DNA of 64,000 bases. Origin: Sedimentisphaeraceae bacterium JB056 (GTDB lineage: Bacteria; Planctomycetota; Phycisphaerae; Sedimentisphaerales; Sedimentisphaeraceae). Positions within the stretch are counted from its first letter, which is position 1; each line of letters opens with the position of its first letter. Where the stretch lies: assembly GCA_044440125.1 (NCBI GenBank), contig JBITAJ010000017.1:64001-128000 (forward strand), written 5' to 3'. A program made the position numbers and the translations under genes. Shown here one piece after another: positions 61,482-64,000 of the stretch. A model generated the notes under the pieces. It did no database searches, was not told the DNA's origin, and saw only the letters and a program-made list of their open reading frames with translations.

Positions 61482-62342
61482 ATGAAACGATTGTTAATTG
61501 CGGCAGTATTGCTATTAGCTATTGCAGTCCCAGGTTATTGTGCAATAGCTCCGGGTGGTCCGGATGATTTTTCATCAGGAGCAGAGGTGATTTATGCTCA
61601 ACCTGAGACAAGAGAAGTTTACGGTTCTGGAGCATTAGTACCTGGAGACGGCGGTAAGTGGCGAGTTGTATTTACAGATCCTGTAACCAGTGAAGCATGT
61701 AATGGTTCGCTGGTGTTGGTTTTCAGGCTTCCTGAAAGAGGCAGTCAGTTGATCGAAGCTCGATCTTTGATGTTCAAGCTCGGGTATATTTATAATAGCC
61801 GCGTGGAAAATGTGGATCTTTATGGCATAGATTATTTCGCGGCTTCGGAAGTTGCCGATCCTAACTTCGTAGTAAGCTCGGATATGTTCTATATCGGAGC
61901 ATGGGGAGCTGATCCTGATGCTACTGCCCTTGACCAGGGCATAGTAACCACGGCAGACGTAGGCGGCGGCGGAACTTTAGATACCTGGTTTGCAGATAGT
62001 GCAGAGGGTGCCTTGCGTTTGAGCTGCTGGCTGAACAGCCTTTATGACGAAGGAGCTATAGCCGGTGATTATGTACTCTTGAGACTCAACTACAGCTTGA
62101 AATACACCGTTTATACTAATCTCAACATCTTTGATAGCACTACGACTGATAACGTCAGGATCTATTACGATTTGGTAGATAATCTCTCTGAGACGTGTCC
62201 AGGTCCGGTTATTCCAGATCGTGAATGCACGGGGTTAGATGGTGATCTTACAGAGGATTGCATAATAGACCTTGATGATTTCGTTGTGATGGCCACTGAC
62301 TGGCTAAGATGCGAAAGAATTCCTGATAGACTGTGTAACTAA
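61482..62342 (+). CDS. Secreted protein with unnamed domain and C-terminal dockerin-like motif
   Basis: Signal peptide; GDLTEDCIIDLDDFVVMATDWL. Confidence 0.78.
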   Translation: MKRLLIAAVLLLAIAVPGYCAIAPGGPDDFSSGAEVIYAQPETREVYGSGALVPGDGGKWRVVFTDPVTSEACNGSLVLVFRLPERGSQLIEARSLMFKLGYIYNSRVENVDLYGIDYFAASEVADPNFVVSSDMFYIGAWGADPDATALDQGIVTTADVGGGGTLDTWFADSAEGALRLSCWLNSLYDEGAIAGDYVLLRLNYSLKYTVYTNLNIFDSTTTDNVRIYYDLVDNLSETCPGPVIPDRECTGLDGDLTEDCIIDLDDFVVMATDWLRCERIPDRLCN

Positions 62343-62374
62343 TCACATTACCAACCTTTTTTGGAGATATTACA

Positions 62375-64000
62375 ATGAAATCAAGAATCATATTTCTAAT
62401 TAGTATTATTTGTTTATTTCTCGCCGGTCCGGTTCTGGCAGAGGAGACAATCACGATAGATGTTGCACAGGATGCGGCTATCAAGAGTGCAAGTCCGAAT
62501 ACCAATTTAAATGGGGATTGGTTATTTATATCGCCGGATAATAAAGCTTACATACAGTTTGATTTTTCTCAGTATGCAGGCACTGTTCTTTCTATAGCTA
62601 ATTTAGAATTCAATTTCAATGCATCATATGCCAGAAATGCTCAGATTTATCTGATAACCGGTGATGGTGCCGATGATTGGGATGAGTCAACTATTACCTG
62701 GAACAATGCACCCGGTAATGATACGAGCAGTACGGCGTACTACCTTAATGATGCAACATTTACAGCAACATTACTTGGTTCGATTGAGCAGCCAGCTTCC
62801 GGCGGTTCTTCAACTGTAGGATTTCTGTGGGATAATGAAGCACTTAAGACTAATCTTATTAATGAACTCAATACCGGCGACAGGAAAGCTACTTTAGCGT
62901 TCAGCAGAAACAGCACAAGCCGTTTTGCTCAATATGCTTGTAAAGAGAATGTTGGGTATCATCCGGTAAGGATTGATGCAACATTTGATACTCTTGCGTT
63001 GGCGGGTAACAGAATGACCGCGGAGCCGGAAACTCGTGAAGTTTATGCTGCAGGTGAGGTTATAGATACTGCTACTGAAGATCCTGAGACGGCAAGGATT
63101 GCTTTCACCAGTACCGGGATTCCTCTTTATGACGGTAACTTAATTTTAGCGTTTAAGCTTCCTGCATTGCCTGCCGGTAAAGTAATCAGCTCTGCGACAT
63201 TTAACTGGTTCTATGTTGGACATGGATCAAGGGCATATCCCGCGCATGATCTTTATGGTCTTCCATTCAAAACTGCAGCATCAACTCCTGTACTCAATAC
63301 AGATTTCTATGTTGGAGCAAATGATACTGCTGCGTTGAGAATTGCAACAGATGTTACAGACTTTGACGCACAGGGACAGTGGCAGATGACAAACACTGAA
63401 AGCAAGAGATTGGCTGCTTATTTGCAGGCTCAGTATGATAACGGTGCTGTTGAAAATGACTGGGCATTGCTTAGGTTCAACCCTGTATCAATGATGAATC
63501 TGTATGTGCTTAATACAATAAAAGGCCCTAATGCATCTGATCCAACATTGCGTCCTTATATAGAGCTTGAATTTGCTGATGCAAGTGAAGGCTACTGGAA
63601 GCCAGTTACTGTTTCAACAGACGCGGCTAATATTATAGCCAGCGGTGTTACTACAGCACAGCCCGACTTCTATGTCGGTTCTACTACAGTAGATGATACG
63701 ACTCAGGCTATAGAGGCTATATTCCCGTTTGAATTCCCTGAACTGGCATCTAATGAGTATGTTAATGCCGTAGCTTTTGCAATAGAAGCCTCTAATCCTT
63801 ATGGTTTCCCTGGTCGTTATTTCGATATAGATATGTATGGTCTGGATTATCGCAGCAGCTCTTCTTTCGAGTCAAGTGATTATTTCGTTGGAGCATATGC
63901 TCTTCTGCCTGCCGAAGGACTTAACGGTACTCCAATATCAAGTGCACTGACAGAAGATTATGTCAGTTCTCAGCCTGCTATGGTAGGATTGGATGCGGAT
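62375..64000 (+). CDS. Secreted DNRLRE/CBM96-like domain protein, runs off window end (absent from ORF track)
   Basis: GGAG SD; MKSRIIFLISIICLFLAGPVLA signal; DAAIKSASPNTN, AYIQFD, WDESTITWNNAP; spot-checked downstream segments remain in frame. Confidence 0.85.
   Translation, partial: MKSRIIFLISIICLFLAGPVLAEETITIDVAQDAAIKSASPNTNLNGDWLFISPDNKAYIQFDFSQYAGTVLSIANLEFNFNASYARNAQIYLITGDGADDWDESTITWNNAPGNDTSSTAYYLNDATFTATLLGSIEQPASGGSSTVGFLWDNEALKTNLINELNTGDRKATLAFSRNSTSRFAQYACKENVGYHPVRIDATFDTLALAGNRMTAEPETREVYAAGEVIDTATEDPETARIAFTSTGIPLYDGNLILAFKLPALPAGKVISSATFNWFYVGHGSRAYPAHDLYGLPFKTAASTPVLNTDFYVGANDTAALRIATDVTDFDAQGQWQMTNTESKRLAAYLQAQYDNGAVENDWALLRFNPVSMMNLYVLNTIKGPNASDPTLRPYIELEFADASEGYWKPVTVSTDAANIIASGVTTAQPDFYVGSTTVDDTTQAIEAIFPFEFPELASNEYVNAVAFAIEASNPYGFPGRYFDIDMYGLDYRSSSSFESSDYFVGAYALLPAEGLNGTPISSALTEDYVSSQPAMVGLDAD

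Overview
Chromosomal 64 kb segment, GC roughly low-40s% by eye, most consistent with an anaerobic Planctomycetota (Phycisphaerae, Sedimentisphaerales-like). This is inferred from the DUF1559/H-X9-DG-type pilins, PEP-CTERM protein, many secreted proteins with dockerin-like motifs and a VOR-type 2-oxoacid:ferredoxin oxidoreductase. From left to right: (1) an amino-sugar(-acid) catabolic locus with AraC regulator, SSS symporter, two URO-D/MtaA-like proteins, DapA/NanA-like aldolase, nagB, FadR-type regulator and nagA; (2) yacG and zwf; (3) an accessory patch at 11.5-17.6 kb with a GLUG surface protein, a candidate anti-Shine-Dalgarno sRNA, two 17-bp IS-end-like scars around a possible orphan toxin-fragment/Sel1 module, and a PASTA-DUF1566 gene bracketed by a 59-bp duplicated terminator; (4) vorC/B/A; (5) a membrane/pilin-like operon with a tandem paralog, an NCS2 permease and a LamG protein; (6) a GNAT-M20 pair and nrdR-dat-tatC with tandem NrdR boxes on its own promoter, then tRNA-Val; (7) PEP-CTERM gene, 1.75-kaa repeat surface protein and beta-barrel; (8) murE, suhB, a second aldolase and M20, wecA/O-antigen-ligase, tRNA-Pro and resB/ccsA; (9) the start of a sulfated-glycan utilisation locus (Tat sulfatase, pilin, heparinase II/III-like lyase, DNRLRE proteins). 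No CRISPR array, intact transposase, integrase or reverse transcriptase was seen. All calls are by eye, with no database searches.
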